A stretch of DNA of 64,000 nt, from positions 221,092,001-221,156,000 of the forward strand of contig OZ024742.1 of the NCBI GenBank assembly GCA_964016885.1. Reading direction: 5' to 3'. Below, piece by piece: positions 61,909-64,000 of this stretch; position 1 is the first letter of the stretch, and the number at the start of each line of letters is the position of its first letter. Source of the DNA: Eledone cirrhosa (Eukaryota). A program made the position numbers and the translations under genes. The notes below the pieces were generated by a model. That model did no database searches, had not been told where the DNA came from, and saw only the letters and a list, made by a program, of their open reading frames with translations.

Positions 61909-62836
61909 AACTACTCCTCCTGTTTGCTGAAATCATGGATGTTTGGTTCTTTTCAGTTCCTGATTATTTACTAGAATTCTATAAGAGTTTGTCACTACTC
62001 TAAAACAATAGCATCTTGAGTTCGAAGAATAAGTTACTCAACAATAAAATCGAAAGATCAATTTATTGTAACCATAGACTCAAAGAGAAGTTTTCGCACT
62101 ACAAATCGAACGCTAACCTCTTACTACCAACTGACAAACTGCATATACTTAGACTTTATACCCTCTTGTTGTATCTAAACCCTTTTAATTACCCCCAAAA
62201 CCAATACCTATATCCCCCTCTTCTTCCTCATTCCTCTTCTATTTCTTCGTTTTCTTCCTTCCTTCCCTCCCCTTCTTGACTATCTTTTCTTTTCTTCTTT
62301 CTCACCCCCTTCTTTGCTTTTATTTTTGTCATTATTATCTTTATCTTTATTTTTTATATATATATATATTTATCTCTTTATATCTCCCCCCCCCCCCCCT
62401 CTCTCCCTCTCTATCCATCCCTCCCACTATGATAAATTTAATTCTCTTTAACTCACTACATTCCACGACATGAAGTCTGCTATCAAAACTGACCAAGGAA
62501 TCCTTCCACCTCTACCCCTCCCTCCATCTCAGTTTGTCACTCTACTTCCTACCTCTTCCCCCTTCCTCTCTCTCTCTATACTATTCTGTCTGTCCCCTCA
62601 CCTCCTGATTCCTCTCTCTATATACTAGTAAATACAATTCCAAATAAATGTTTTTCTCTATATATTAAGAATTATTTCAAGAGTAACTTACTCAAATTTT
62701 GAAAATTTGGACTGTGAACAACAATTATAATTGAGTGGCTGCTATTTGCAGTATAGCAATATAAGGTTGCACTTACCAATGAAACGGTCGTAAATACCTG
62801 GATAAAATCCTTCTCTTAATGCTTACCTGTGTTTTC

Positions 62837-63658
<822 letters not shown>

Positions 63659-63890
63659 ATAAATTAACGGAGCCATAGGCCCTCGCCATTCCCTGTAAAT
63701 AATGTGCTCAAAGGAGAAGAAATCCTGAGCTCTTTAAAATACAATATGTTGAAAAGGTAACACACCAGAGAGAGATATACAGTGCGCTATCAATAAAACA
63801 GGGAAAAAAACCACCAGTGTAAGGCAGACTATAGACACGATAATTAAAAATATAAATTAAAGCGTAAATAAATACCTCTATAACTATATA

Positions 63891-63970
63891 ACACACGTAC
63901 AAATCCAAAGAGATGTTTCGCCAGTAATTTGTTAACAGAAATGGAATAACCTCGGTTCATCAGCGTGTGT
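63891..63970 (-). ncRNA. Type I hammerhead ribozyme with longer stems II/III
   Basis: Minus strand: acacacg CTGATGA ... GAAA ca...tg TA cgtgtgt; perfect 7-bp stem I, GUA triplet; first stem II pair mismatched. Confidence 0.62.
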
Positions 63971-64000
63971 AAGGCTATACATTTCAGACAACACTAAGAG

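Overview
AT-rich, repeat-dense animal genomic DNA; the SINE/RTE/microsatellite landscape looks like a cephalopod mollusc (inference). Two spliced host genes face each other. The first is the last five coding exons of STEEP1/CXorf56 on + (111-6173). The second is a complete 11-exon, 479-aa MetX-family alpha/beta-hydrolase on - (47843-11348) with a mitochondrial-type leader and the TGLSA signature of fungal Cys2 serine O-succinyltransferase, including one obligatory GC-AG intron. Mobile elements include an intact Gypsy LTR element (LTRs, 5-bp TSD, -1 frameshift signal), RTE LINEs carrying a PHD finger, CR1, CRE-like elements, tRNA-SINEs, TTAA MITEs and many minisatellites. The main signal not shown by the ORF track is seven type I hammerhead ribozyme motifs plus three relics. 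Each points toward a (TA)n tract, two pairs lie in long palindromes, and one has a compensatory U3-A8 core, consistent with microsatellite-associated Penelope-like/retrozyme elements. All calls were made by eye; no searches or folding programs were run.
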